Assembly: GCA_965204725.1 (NCBI GenBank)
Contig: OZ242005.1
Location: 800,001 to 864,000, forward strand
DNA length: 64,000 nt
DNA from: Candidatus Latescibacterota bacterium
GTDB taxonomy: Bacteria; Latescibacterota; UBA2968; UBA8231
Direction of reading: 5' to 3'
Shown here in pieces: positions 49,805 to 59,271 of the stretch (position 1 is the first letter of the stretch; the number at the start of each line of letters is the position of its first letter). The translations under genes and the position numbers were made by a program. The notes below the pieces were generated by a model that was given only the letters and a program-made list of their open reading frames with translations, did no database searches and was not told where the DNA came from.

Positions 49805-50917
49805 ATGAGATGGACCCTCTTCCTCGCGACCTTCCTCTGGACGGCTTTGCCTAGCCCGGCCGCAGACCGCCCCCGCCTCGTACTCGATGGCCAAGCAGCC
49901 GTGTTAGTCGTCGATTTAGGCGGTGGCTCCATTGCCGATTTCCACCTCAAAAGCAACCCGCTCAACCCCCTGCAATGGGACTCTTGGTCCTTCGGCGACA
50001 CCCCGGACCAAGCACCGCCCATCGAGCCGCGCTCCATGGGGCACTTCCTCTGCCTCGACCGCTGGGGGCCGGCCACCCAAGCCGAGCAGGCCCACGGCAT
50101 GGGCTGGCACGGCGAGGCCACGCGCGTCTGGTGGACCCAAGATGCGGACATCCGCGCCGAGGACGGCTTTCTCCTAGCCGACCTGTCGGCCGAGTTGCCC
50201 CTAGCGGGCCTTGAGGTCGCACGCTCGATCCGCATGAGTCAGGAGCAGGCCGTCTTTGCGGTCGCCGAGGCCGTTACCAACACGCGCCATTTGGGCCGCG
50301 TGTACAACATCGTCCAGCACCCGACCATTGGCCCGCCCTTTTTGGACGAGAGCACCCGCGTTGACGCCAACGGCACGCGCGGCTTCATGCAGGAAACGCC
50401 CATGCCGACGCCAGAGGACCCGGAGGTGCGCTGGCCCTACGCCCGCAAAAAGGACGGCACCGAGGTCGATATGCGCCATTTGACGGATGACGCCGCCCCG
50501 GCCGTGGTGTCCTATATCGTCGAAGAGGAATACGGCTGGACCACGGCCATCAACGCCGGCCAAGGGCTGCTGATTGGCTATATATGGCCGATGGCGGATT
50601 ATCCGTGGTTCGACGCTTGGCGGCACGTCCGCGACGGCAAGCCCTTTGCTCGCGGCTTGGAGTTTGGCACCACGGGCCTCCACCAGCCCGGGCCGGTACT
50701 CGTCCAAAAGGGCCACATCTTTGGCCGGCAAATTTTGCGCTTCATCGATGCCGACGAGACCCAAGTTTTCACCTACGCCAACTTCCTCATGCCGATTCCC
50801 CCAGACTTCGCCGGCGTCGCTGATGTCGAATACGCCGCCGGGCAACTCGTGGTGCGCGAGGACGGCGGTCAGGGTCGAGAACTGACGATGGAAGTGGGGG
50901 CGCTTTTTGCGTGGTGA
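49805..50917 (+). CDS. Secreted hypothetical protein, possibly galactose-mutarotase-like fold
   Basis: AAGGAG RBS, signal peptide, GHFLCLDRWG...WHGEA, QHPTIG, ARGLEFG. Confidence 0.7.
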   Translation: MRWTLFLATFLWTALPSPAADRPRLVLDGQAAVLVVDLGGGSIADFHLKSNPLNPLQWDSWSFGDTPDQAPPIEPRSMGHFLCLDRWGPATQAEQAHGMGWHGEATRVWWTQDADIRAEDGFLLADLSAELPLAGLEVARSIRMSQEQAVFAVAEAVTNTRHLGRVYNIVQHPTIGPPFLDESTRVDANGTRGFMQETPMPTPEDPEVRWPYARKKDGTEVDMRHLTDDAAPAVVSYIVEEEYGWTTAINAGQGLLIGYIWPMADYPWFDAWRHVRDGKPFARGLEFGTTGLHQPGPVLVQKGHIFGRQILRFIDADETQVFTYANFLMPIPPDFAGVADVEYAAGQLVVREDGGQGRELTMEVGALFAW

Positions 50918-50949
50918 CCGTGCGCGCCAACGGCCCGGATTGCGTGGAG

Positions 50950-52149
50950 GCGGGCCCTTTTTACCTGCGTCGCACCAAGGAGGCGATGGTGTACTTCCCG
51001 GAGCCTCAGACGGACGGAACGTGGACTGCGAATCCGGTCTTCACCAAGCGCATCCCGCGCACCGCGAATTTCGCCATAGATGGCTCAGAGCTCGCGCTCT
51101 ACCAAAAGGTCACGCGGTTTGTGAAACAGCAGAGTGCGCGCGCTGCGGCCCAAGACGACGACCTGCGGGCTCGGGCGGTCGGTTTCCTGATGTCCCTGTA
51201 CCAGCGACGCCTTGCCTCTAGTGCCTACGCTATGCGGCGGTCGCTCGAAAACCGGGCAAGGCGTCTGGAGGATGGCCTCAAACGCGCTCAAGCACTCGTG
51301 CGGACCGCGCCCGACCTAGACGACTTGGAGGAATTGGAAGATCCCGAGCGCGAGCGTCTAGAGAAAGCACTAGAGGCCGTCACACTGGCCGACAACGCCG
51401 AACAGACCCGCCAAGAGATCGGCCAACTGCTCCAACTCGCTCAAGAGGCCAAGGGCATCGAAGCCTCGGGCCGCGAGACCAAACTCGGACACCTCCGCTC
51501 CATCATGCAGAAGGAGGGGTTCTTTGACCGGCCCGATCAGCGTCGGCTGCTTTTCACCGAGTTCAAGGACACCCTCGACCACCTGATGGAGCACTTGCAA
51601 GCCTGGGGCTTCCGCGTCGGCTGTATCCACGGCGGCATGAAGTCCGGCTCGCGCGACGAACCGGGGAGCCGGCTCTACACCGAACAGCAGTTCCGCGACG
51701 GCACGATCCAAGTCTTGGTCGCCACCGAGGCCGCCGGTGAAGGCATCAACCTTCAGTGCTGCCACATCCTCTTCAATTACGACATCCCTTGGAACCCCAA
51801 CCGGCTCGAACAGCGCATGGGCCGCATCCACCGCTACGGCCAGCGGCGCGATTGCCTAATTTTCAACTTCGTGGCCACCAACACCATTGAGGGGCGGGTG
51901 ATTCGCGAGCGGTTGTTCACTGTGGAGTTGGCAGACGACGGCGATCCCGTTCTGTGCGAGCCGGATGTCCTCGGCAATTTTAGCCCTACGGCTGGTCCGG
52001 GCGATCTACCGCCGGTAGCCGTGCGGTTCCCGTGGCACGAGGTCACCCAAGTCGCTCACTACTATCTGAGCGTTGACGCGATCAAGCAGCCGGTGGAAAT
52101 TCGGGAAGGCCAAAAGACCTCCGAAAAATGGAAAACACGCGATGAATGA
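50950..52149 (+). pseudogene. SNF2-family helicase remnant (Helicase-C part plus C-terminal tail, with deletions)
   Basis: LRRTKE, QRRLASS, LLFTEFKDT, ATEAAGEGINLQ, YDIPWNPNRLEQRMGRIHRYGQ; no Walker A/DEAH N-domain; abrupt sequence jumps after NTIEGRV and PPVA. Confidence 0.85.
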
Positions 52150-52150
52150 G
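52019..52150 (+). repeat. 132-bp direct repeat copy 1 (helicase 3' end)
   Basis: Matches 53703-53834 with 4 mismatches. Confidence 0.95.
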
Positions 52151-52164
52151 TTCTGAGGCGGACC

Positions 52165-53397
52165 ATGAACAAAACCGATTTGATCGAACTAATCCGCAAC
52201 GGCGAGGACTCAACCCTAGAGTTCAAGCGCGACGACATCCATAACTACGATCTAGCCAAGGAACTGGTAGCGTTCCTCAATCTCGAAGGCGGCACCGTCC
52301 TACTCGGGGTTGAGGACGATGGGCAGATTTCGGGAACATCCCGCGAGCGTCTTGAGGAGTGGGTTGCCGAACTCTGCCGCGTCAAAATTGAGCCACCGGT
52401 CGTGCCGCTGCTTTCATGGGCGAGAGAGGCCGAGCTGGGTCGGGATGTTCTCGCCATTGGCGTCACGCATGGTCCCGACAAGCCTTATGCCTGCATTCAC
52501 AAAGGCCACAAAACGTACTACATCCGCGTCAGCAACACCTCGCGGGAAGCGAGCCGCGAGGAACTTGAGAGAATGTACCAAGCGTCCGGTCGTTTGCGTT
52601 ACGGCCTAAAGCCGGCTCCAGGTGCCAGCTTCGAGGCATTCGATCGTGGCCGGCTGCGCGATTACCTGACCCGCGTTCTCAACGCGCCGGTCCCGGCTAA
52701 GGACGATCTAGACGGTTGGGGGACGCTATTGCGAAACATCAAGTTGATGACGGTGTCCGCAGGCCAGTTTGTCGCGACCATTGATGGCTTGCTTCTCTTC
52801 GGACTAACGCCGAATCGGTACGTGCCGCAATCGGGCATTCGAGCTGTTTGCTACGTGGGCCGGGAGCCGGATTATGCAACCCGTGCGGATGAGGATCTCA
52901 AAGGTCCTATGGTTCCGCTGTGCGATCCCGATAATGGAGAGTTTGTCAAGCTGGGGCTGGTAGATAAGGCGTGGGATTTCGTGCGGCGCAATACGACGCC
53001 TTCCGCCCATTTGGAAGGGGCGCGGCGGATTGACCGCTGGGAATTTCCCGAAGAAGCGGTGCGCGAGGCCGTGGTCAATGCCCTAGTACACCGCGATTAC
53101 AGCATCGCGGGAACGGACATCATGCTGGCCATATTCTCCGATCGCCTCGAAGTGGTCAGCCCGGGCCGCTTGCCCAACACGGTGACGCCGGCCGGGATGC
53201 GATTGGGGCAGCGCTACGCCCGCAATCAGACGCTAGTCAACGTGATGCGCGACTACGGCTATGTGGATGCTCGTGGCATGGGCGTACGGAATAAGATCAT
53301 TCCCGGCATGTTGGCCCACAACGGCACCGAGCCGGACTTGATTGAGGAAGAGAACCGCTTCATCGTGCGCCTGTGGAAGGAGCGTAGCACAGTGTAA
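52165..53397 (+). CDS. AlbA_2 (Schlafen-like) + HATPase_c_4/RecG-C-like protein, copy 1
   Basis: GEDSTLEFK, AFLNLEGG..LLGVEDDG, EAVVNALVHRDY, DRLEVVSPGRLP, RGMGV. Confidence 0.9.
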   Translation: MNKTDLIELIRNGEDSTLEFKRDDIHNYDLAKELVAFLNLEGGTVLLGVEDDGQISGTSRERLEEWVAELCRVKIEPPVVPLLSWAREAELGRDVLAIGVTHGPDKPYACIHKGHKTYYIRVSNTSREASREELERMYQASGRLRYGLKPAPGASFEAFDRGRLRDYLTRVLNAPVPAKDDLDGWGTLLRNIKLMTVSAGQFVATIDGLLLFGLTPNRYVPQSGIRAVCYVGREPDYATRADEDLKGPMVPLCDPDNGEFVKLGLVDKAWDFVRRNTTPSAHLEGARRIDRWEFPEEAVREAVVNALVHRDYSIAGTDIMLAIFSDRLEVVSPGRLPNTVTPAGMRLGQRYARNQTLVNVMRDYGYVDARGMGVRNKIIPGMLAHNGTEPDLIEEENRFIVRLWKERSTV

Positions 53398-53702
53398 TGG
53401 TAAGGCGACAAACGACAGGGCTCGGCCTTTCGACGATTTCATCCGCTACGAACCGCTACGCGAAGTCAATATCCCTCGTCAGATGGGAGTTCCCCATCCC
53501 GAAAGTCAACCGCTTCAGCTTTATAAGTTTCTGATGACGCTTTCAAGACAGCTAGATCAGGGAAGATGCACGATGTGTCTAGGTTGCTCAGATTACGCCG
53601 ATACTTTTCGTGTGGTGCGCGTCGAGAAAATAGAGGTATTCTTGCGGTTCATTGTGACCCACTGCGCCAGCGCGCCAGTGCTTCAGGAGCCTATCGAAAA
53701 TC

Positions 53703-53834
53703 CCGTGCGGTTCCCGTGGCACGAGGTCACCCAAGTCGCCCACTACTATCTGAGCGTTGACGCGCTCAAGCAGCCGGTGGAAATTCGGGAAGGTCAAAAG
53801 ACCTCCGAAAAATGGAAAACACGCGATAAATGAG
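53703..53834 (+). repeat. 132-bp direct repeat copy 2 (second helicase tail)
   Basis: Helicase-tail-like reading IVTHCASAPVLQEPIENPVRFPWHEV extends back to about 53651. Confidence 0.95.
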
Positions 53835-53843
53835 AGGACCAAA

Positions 53844-56543
53844 ATGGAGACCATATCGAGTGTGAGGGCTAAAGACTCCATCGCCTTGCCAGCGGGTGCT
53901 GTATTTCATCGGTGCGCCCTCCAAGTAAACCCACACAGCTACGGCGGAACCTTCCGAGGGCAGCAAACCAGCGGCGATGCCCGCGAGCACGCGAAAGCCA
54001 TTGTCGAGCAGGCGGTCGAAATCGGCGTCTCCGTGCTCGCCATCACCGATCACAACGACGCGAGCGGAGTCGCCGCCTTCCAAGAAGCCGCCCAACATAC
54101 CAACGTCACGATATTCCCCGGTTTCGAGCTTTCTTCGTATGAAGGCATTCACATCCTGTGCATCTATCCGCCGGATACTAGCCAGAATCGTTTGAATCGG
54201 TTTCTCGGCAAGTTCGAAATTCAAGAAACCGGCTCTTCGGCGAATCTGTCGAGCGAGTCGTTCGACGAGGTGCTCGCAATGGTCCAGAAGCAGGGCGGAG
54301 TCGCCATCGCCGCGCACGTGACAAACGCCAAAGGGCTTTTCAAAGTGCTCAAAGGCCAAGCTCGGATCAACGCATGGTGTGCTAAAGACCTGCTCGCGAT
54401 CCAGATCCCCGGGCCTGTCGCCGCCCTGCCCTCCGAGGTACGCCCAATTATCCAGAACGAGAATCCAGACTATCGGCGAAACCACCCCGCAGATAAAAAT
54501 CTAGCCGTAGCTGCGATCAACGCGAAGGATGTCGTTAAGCCGAGCGATCTGAAAGACCCTTCGGCTACATGCTGGATCAAGATGTCCGAGATCACGATTG
54601 AGGGGCTACGGCAGGCTTTTCTCGATCCCGGGTCGAGAATTCGACTGGCCAGCGACTCCCCGCCCGACGAACATGCCGAACTCGTTTCGCTGACTTGGGA
54701 AGGTGGCTTTCTGGATGGTGCATCCATTCGCTTCAATCCGAACATGAATGTCTTAGTCGGCGGGCGCGGCACCGGCAAATCAACCATCATCGAGAGCCTG
54801 CGCTACGCGCTCGGATTGGAGCCTATCGGCGAGGAGGCAGACAAGGCCCACAAAGGAATCGTGCGCCAAGTGCTTCGCAACGGGACGAAAGTTTCGCTTA
54901 TCGTGTGCTGCAACCGCCCGACGCCACGCGAGTACCGCATTGAGCGGACCGTTCCAAACCCGCCCGTGGTGCGCGATGAATGCGGCAAGCTATCGAACCT
55001 GCTTCCAAAAGAGGTGCTCCCTCGCGTCGAGGTGTACGGGCAGCACGAAATCTCCGAACTCACCAAGAGTCCCGAAAAGCTCACGCGCCTTCTCGACCGC
55101 TTCGTCGAGCGAGACCATTCCTCGGCCCAGCGCAAGGCCGATCTCCGTCGAGAACTCGAGAAGACGCGGCGGTCCATAGTAGAGGTATGCGCCGAGCTCC
55201 AGCAGATCGAGGATCGTCTAGCCGCCCTGCCAAGACTTGAGGAGACCCTGCAACGCTTTCAGGAAGCAGGTCTTGAAGATCGCCTGCGCGAACAGAGCTT
55301 GCTCGTGCGCGAGGAGCGAGTGCTCAATTCGATGCCCAAGCGCCTACAGAATTTCCGCGAATGCCTCGATCTTCTCCGCCAAGAGCTCCCGATCGATCGG
55401 GTGTTCTTGTCTGAAAGGGCACTCCAAGATCTGCCGGGTAAGAAAATTCTTGCGAGCGGCAATGACATATTGGAAAGCCTGAGCACGGATCTCGATAAAT
55501 TGGCGGGTCAATTTGCAGAAGCACTAAAGCAAGCAGATGAAGGGATCGCCGAAATCCGCTCTCGCTGGAACGAGCGCCAGAAAAAGGTTCAAGCCGCCTA
55601 TGAGAAAATTCTGCGCGAGCTTCAGAAATCGGCAATAGACGGGCAAGAGTTCATTCGTCTTAGGCACGAAATCGAGAACCTTCGCCCGCTCGGGGAACGC
55701 AAGTCCTTATTGAAACGGTTAGAAAAAGAACTCCTCGAACGACGGCGCACACTGCTTGCCGAATGGGAAGAGATCAAAGCGGAGGAGTTCAGGAATTTGG
55801 ACAGAGCCGCGCAAGAAGTCAGCAAGGAGCTGCTCTCTCGCGTCCAAGTGGAGGTCGCCGCCGCAGGTGACCGCGAGCCGCTGCTCCGGTTGCTCCGCGA
55901 CGAGATCGGTGGCCGTCTCTCCGAGGCATTAGCCATCCTCGCCCAAGAGGAGGACTTCTCTCTGCCGCAATTCGTCGATAGCTGTCGGACGGGCGCGGAT
56001 GCCGTTCACCGAGCCTACAAAATTCCACCAGCCCAAGCGCAGCGGCTTGCCGAGGCGTCGGCCGAAACTTTGATGCTCGTTGAAGAGCTGGAACTTTCCC
56101 CCGCGACCACAATCCAGCTCAACACGGCTCCTTCCGACAAACCGCCGTCATGGCAAGCACTCGAAGCACTCTCAACGGGCCAAAAAGCGACCGCTGTGTT
56201 GCTGCTCCTCCTGCTAGAGTCCGATGCTCCGCTCATCGTCGATCAGCCCGAGGACGACCTCGACAACCGATTCATCACCGAAGGGGTGGTTCCCAAAATG
56301 CGCGAGGAGAAATGCCGGCGCCAATTCGTTTTCTCGACCCACAACGCCAACATCTTGGTGCTTGGGGACGCCGAACTGATCGTTGGCCTCACTGCCACTG
56401 GAGGTGGAGACGAGGGGAATGCCTACATTGATCCCAAACATATAGGATCCATTGATGCACACCCGGTGCGGGAAATGGTTGAGGAGATTCTCGAAGGTGG
56501 CAAGGATGCTTTTGAGCGTCGTCGCCGGAAATACGGATTCTGA
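53844..56543 (+). CDS. PHP-domain + SMC/AAA ATPase (Ppl/TrlF-like)
   Basis: AITDHN, PGFELSS, AAHV PHP motifs; GGRGTGKST Walker A; long coiled coil; LSTGQK signature; IVDQPEDDLDN; STHNAN. Confidence 0.9.
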   Translation: METISSVRAKDSIALPAGAVFHRCALQVNPHSYGGTFRGQQTSGDAREHAKAIVEQAVEIGVSVLAITDHNDASGVAAFQEAAQHTNVTIFPGFELSSYEGIHILCIYPPDTSQNRLNRFLGKFEIQETGSSANLSSESFDEVLAMVQKQGGVAIAAHVTNAKGLFKVLKGQARINAWCAKDLLAIQIPGPVAALPSEVRPIIQNENPDYRRNHPADKNLAVAAINAKDVVKPSDLKDPSATCWIKMSEITIEGLRQAFLDPGSRIRLASDSPPDEHAELVSLTWEGGFLDGASIRFNPNMNVLVGGRGTGKSTIIESLRYALGLEPIGEEADKAHKGIVRQVLRNGTKVSLIVCCNRPTPREYRIERTVPNPPVVRDECGKLSNLLPKEVLPRVEVYGQHEISELTKSPEKLTRLLDRFVERDHSSAQRKADLRRELEKTRRSIVEVCAELQQIEDRLAALPRLEETLQRFQEAGLEDRLREQSLLVREERVLNSMPKRLQNFRECLDLLRQELPIDRVFLSERALQDLPGKKILASGNDILESLSTDLDKLAGQFAEALKQADEGIAEIRSRWNERQKKVQAAYEKILRELQKSAIDGQEFIRLRHEIENLRPLGERKSLLKRLEKELLERRRTLLAEWEEIKAEEFRNLDRAAQEVSKELLSRVQVEVAAAGDREPLLRLLRDEIGGRLSEALAILAQEEDFSLPQFVDSCRTGADAVHRAYKIPPAQAQRLAEASAETLMLVEELELSPATTIQLNTAPSDKPPSWQALEALSTGQKATAVLLLLLLESDAPLIVDQPEDDLDNRFITEGVVPKMREEKCRRQFVFSTHNANILVLGDAELIVGLTATGGGDEGNAYIDPKHIGSIDAHPVREMVEEILEGGKDAFERRRRKYGF

Positions 56544-56551
56544 GGTGAACC

Positions 56552-57787
56552 ATGAACAAAACTGATTTGATCGAACTAATCCGCAACGGTGAGAGTTCCG
56601 GCGTGGAGTTCAAGCGCTCTGACGTTCTCCCCGAGCGACTCGCCACTGAAATCGCCGCCCTACTCAACCTAGAAGGTGGTCACATTCTCCTCGGCGTCGA
56701 GGACGATGGATCGGTTTCTGGTCTCACCCGCGAGCCGAGCGAAGTCGAAGAATGGGTGATGGAAACTGCGCGTACCCACATCCTTCCGGCGACGATCCCC
56801 TACTGGGAGACCGTGGACTGGGGAGAGGGGAAAACCGTCGGCATAGTATCGCTTCCTAGCGATGCGCCGGATAAGCCGTACAAGGCTAAACGTGGCAAAG
56901 CTTGGGGGACGTTCGTGCGTGTTGGTAGTACTTCACGAGAGGCAAGTCGCGATGAAGAAGGACGCCTCTACCAGTCAGCCCATATCATGCGCTATGACAT
57001 CAAGCCCGTACTTGAGACGGGACTGGAGGAACTCGATCTGGACCGAATCGGGAACTACTTTCGTGTCATCCAGAAGCGCGATGTGCCAACGGCGCAGAAT
57101 ACCGAGGAATGGCGTCGAGTTCTTGTGAGTATTGATCTTCTTGCGGAAGCGGCGGGAACGACTGTCGGAACAGTCGCGGGCTTGCTCCTCTTTGGCAAGA
57201 ACCCGAACCGCCGGCTGCCACAATCGGGCATTACGGCGGTGGCGTTCCCAGAAGATGAAAAGGAGTACAATACTGTAGATGAAGAACTGATTCGAGGTCC
57301 TCTAGTTTCGATGTTATCGGCAAAAAAAAGAGTTGTGGATAAGGGGGTCATTGACCGAGCGGTAGATTTCGTGGCCCGCAACATGGGCTCTGTCGCGTGG
57401 CTCGATGGTGGAAGGAGACGCCGCAAGAAGTCGCTTCCACGGGCCGCGATTCGTGAGACCATCGTGAATGCAGTTTCACACCGCGATTATACGCTCACCG
57501 GCACAGACATCGAAGTCTCCTTATATCGCGATCGCCTAGAAGTAATCTCGCCTGGGCGTCTTCCTAATGGAGTGACGATAGAGAAGATGAAGGAAGGTTT
57601 ACGGGCCGCCAGAAATGAACTGCTAAAAGAAATCCTTCGAGATTACGGCTATGTCGATCATTTCGGCATGGGTGTACGCAATCGGATTATTAGGGCTATG
57701 CGCGACCACAACGGCACCGAGCCGGACCTGATTGAGGAAGAGAACCGCTTCATCGTGCGCCTGTGGAAGGAGCCGAAACCATCGTGA
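56552..57787 (+). CDS. AlbA_2 (Schlafen-like) + HATPase_c_4/RecG-C-like protein, copy 2
   Basis: GESSGVEFK, LNLEGG..LLGVEDDG, ETIVNAVSHRDY, DRLEVISPGRLP, FGMGV. Confidence 0.9.
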   Translation: MNKTDLIELIRNGESSGVEFKRSDVLPERLATEIAALLNLEGGHILLGVEDDGSVSGLTREPSEVEEWVMETARTHILPATIPYWETVDWGEGKTVGIVSLPSDAPDKPYKAKRGKAWGTFVRVGSTSREASRDEEGRLYQSAHIMRYDIKPVLETGLEELDLDRIGNYFRVIQKRDVPTAQNTEEWRRVLVSIDLLAEAAGTTVGTVAGLLLFGKNPNRRLPQSGITAVAFPEDEKEYNTVDEELIRGPLVSMLSAKKRVVDKGVIDRAVDFVARNMGSVAWLDGGRRRRKKSLPRAAIRETIVNAVSHRDYTLTGTDIEVSLYRDRLEVISPGRLPNGVTIEKMKEGLRAARNELLKEILRDYGYVDHFGMGVRNRIIRAMRDHNGTEPDLIEEENRFIVRLWKEPKPS

Positions 57788-57823
57788 TCGTCCGCACTTG
57801 CAAATGCTAATGGGATTAAAGAG

Positions 57824-58138
57824 ATGCTCGAACAAGCGATTTTGGACGACATTATTCGCCGCATTGTAGAGGTGGCTCAACCGGAAAAGATCATTCTCTT
57901 TGGGTCGGCCGCACGGGGCGACCTAGGACCGAACAGCGACGTGGACTTGCTCATCATAAAGGAGGGAGCGGACGCACTTGAACTCATGGGCGATATATAT
58001 ATGAATCTCGATGGCGTCGGTGCAGCCGTCGATGCTATCGTCGTCACGCCCGACGATGTAGAGCGGTATAAGGACACCCACGCGCTGGTGATAAAGCCCG
58101 CTCTACAGGAAGGAAAGGTGGTATATGAAGCCGCCTGA
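57824..58138 (+). CDS. Minimal nucleotidyltransferase (MNT) antitoxin
   Basis: ILFGSAARGD...SDVDLLII; overlaps the HEPN start. Confidence 0.9.
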   Translation: MLEQAILDDIIRRIVEVAQPEKIILFGSAARGDLGPNSDVDLLIIKEGADALELMGDIYMNLDGVGAAVDAIVVTPDDVERYKDTHALVIKPALQEGKVVYEAA

Positions 58139-58514
58139 ACGCTTCCCTCCCGAGGACCCGCGGGAGTGGATGAATCGCGCCAGAAGCAATCTGGTTCGGG
58201 CAAAAGACCGCACTCCCGGTGCCTATCTCGAAGACTTGTGCTTTGATGCACAGCAAGCCGCTGAGAAAGCGATTAAGGCGGTGATGCTCAAGCGCGGCAT
58301 CACCTTTCCCTACGTGCATGATTTAGCCCGATTGCTTTCCCTGCTCAAGGAAGCAGGCGAAACGATCCCGGACGCTGTCGGACAGGCCAGAAAGCTCACT
58401 CGATTTGCCACAGTCACTCGCTACCCTATAGCCCAAGCCGTCACCGAACAGCATTATCTGGAGGCACTAGCCATCGCCGAAGCTGTCGTCCGCTGGGCCG
58501 AGGAACTCATATAG
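58125..58514 (+). CDS. HEPN-domain protein
   Basis: CFDAQQAAEKAIKA, HDLARL, TRYP; coupled to MNT. Confidence 0.9.
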   Translation: MKPPERFPPEDPREWMNRARSNLVRAKDRTPGAYLEDLCFDAQQAAEKAIKAVMLKRGITFPYVHDLARLLSLLKEAGETIPDAVGQARKLTRFATVTRYPIAQAVTEQHYLEALAIAEAVVRWAEELI

Positions 58515-58612
58515 CGAATTCTCCAGACAGTGTCTAGAGAATCTTCGCTGGGCAGCGTCGCCGCGCACTTTCCACTTCCTTGGTCTGTGCAAATGCTAAT
58601 GGGATTGAAGAT

Positions 58613-58990
58613 ATGCTCAAACAAGCGATTCTGGACGACATTATTCGCCGCATTGTGGACGTCGCCCAACCGGAGAAGATCATACTCTTCGGATCGGCTG
58701 CTCGCGGCGACATGAACCGCCATAGCGATGTCGATCTGCTCATTATAAAAGAATGCGCGAACCCGCTTGAACTCATGGGGCAGATTTATCAGAACCTGCA
58801 CAGGGTTGGCGCAGCAGTTGACGCCATCGTCGTCACGCCCCAGTCGGTCGAGCGCTACAAGGACACCCACGCATTGGTCATCAAACCAGCCCTACGCGAG
58901 GGAAAAGTGGTGTATGAAGCCGCCAGCGAAAATTGGCAACTCAAACGCGATGGCACTGAACGTGGCATCGTCGAAATCACGGGGGAATGA
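58613..58990 (+). CDS. Second MNT, with an unrelated C-terminal extension
   Basis: ILFGSAARGD...SDVDLLII; after VVYEAA continues SENWQLKRDGTERGIVEITGE. Confidence 0.8.
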   Translation: MLKQAILDDIIRRIVDVAQPEKIILFGSAARGDMNRHSDVDLLIIKECANPLELMGQIYQNLHRVGAAVDAIVVTPQSVERYKDTHALVIKPALREGKVVYEAASENWQLKRDGTERGIVEITGE

Positions 58991-58992
58991 TC

Positions 58993-59196
58993 ATGATTGC
59001 AAACGATCGCGAACTCGACGTCACCCTCGGACGAATCGCGCATTTTCAGCGTCAAATAGCCCATCTACGCAATATGGAAACTCATCCTGAAAATTACCGC
59101 GGCTCCGTGTCGGGATTTCTCGCTGAGGTCGACCGAATGCAGTTGGAGGTCCGTGAATATCTCAGCATGCATCCGGCCGAACTGGAGCGCGGGTGA
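58993..59196 (+). CDS. Small helical hypothetical protein, putative TA partner
   Basis: MIANDRELDVTLGRI...LAEVDRMQLEVREYL; coupled to the upstream stop. Confidence 0.7.
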   Translation: MIANDRELDVTLGRIAHFQRQIAHLRNMETHPENYRGSVSGFLAEVDRMQLEVREYLSMHPAELERG

Positions 59197-59271
59197 GCAC
59201 TTGATGACGCCGAACCGACAGCTCAGCCGTGCCAGCACTATCCTGCCTCGGCAGGAACGGAAAGAGAATTC

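Noticed and set aside
52019-53834. Diversity-generating retroelement TR/VR pair
   Set aside because: The four mismatches (T/C, A/C, C/T, G/A) are not adenine-specific and there is no intact RT.
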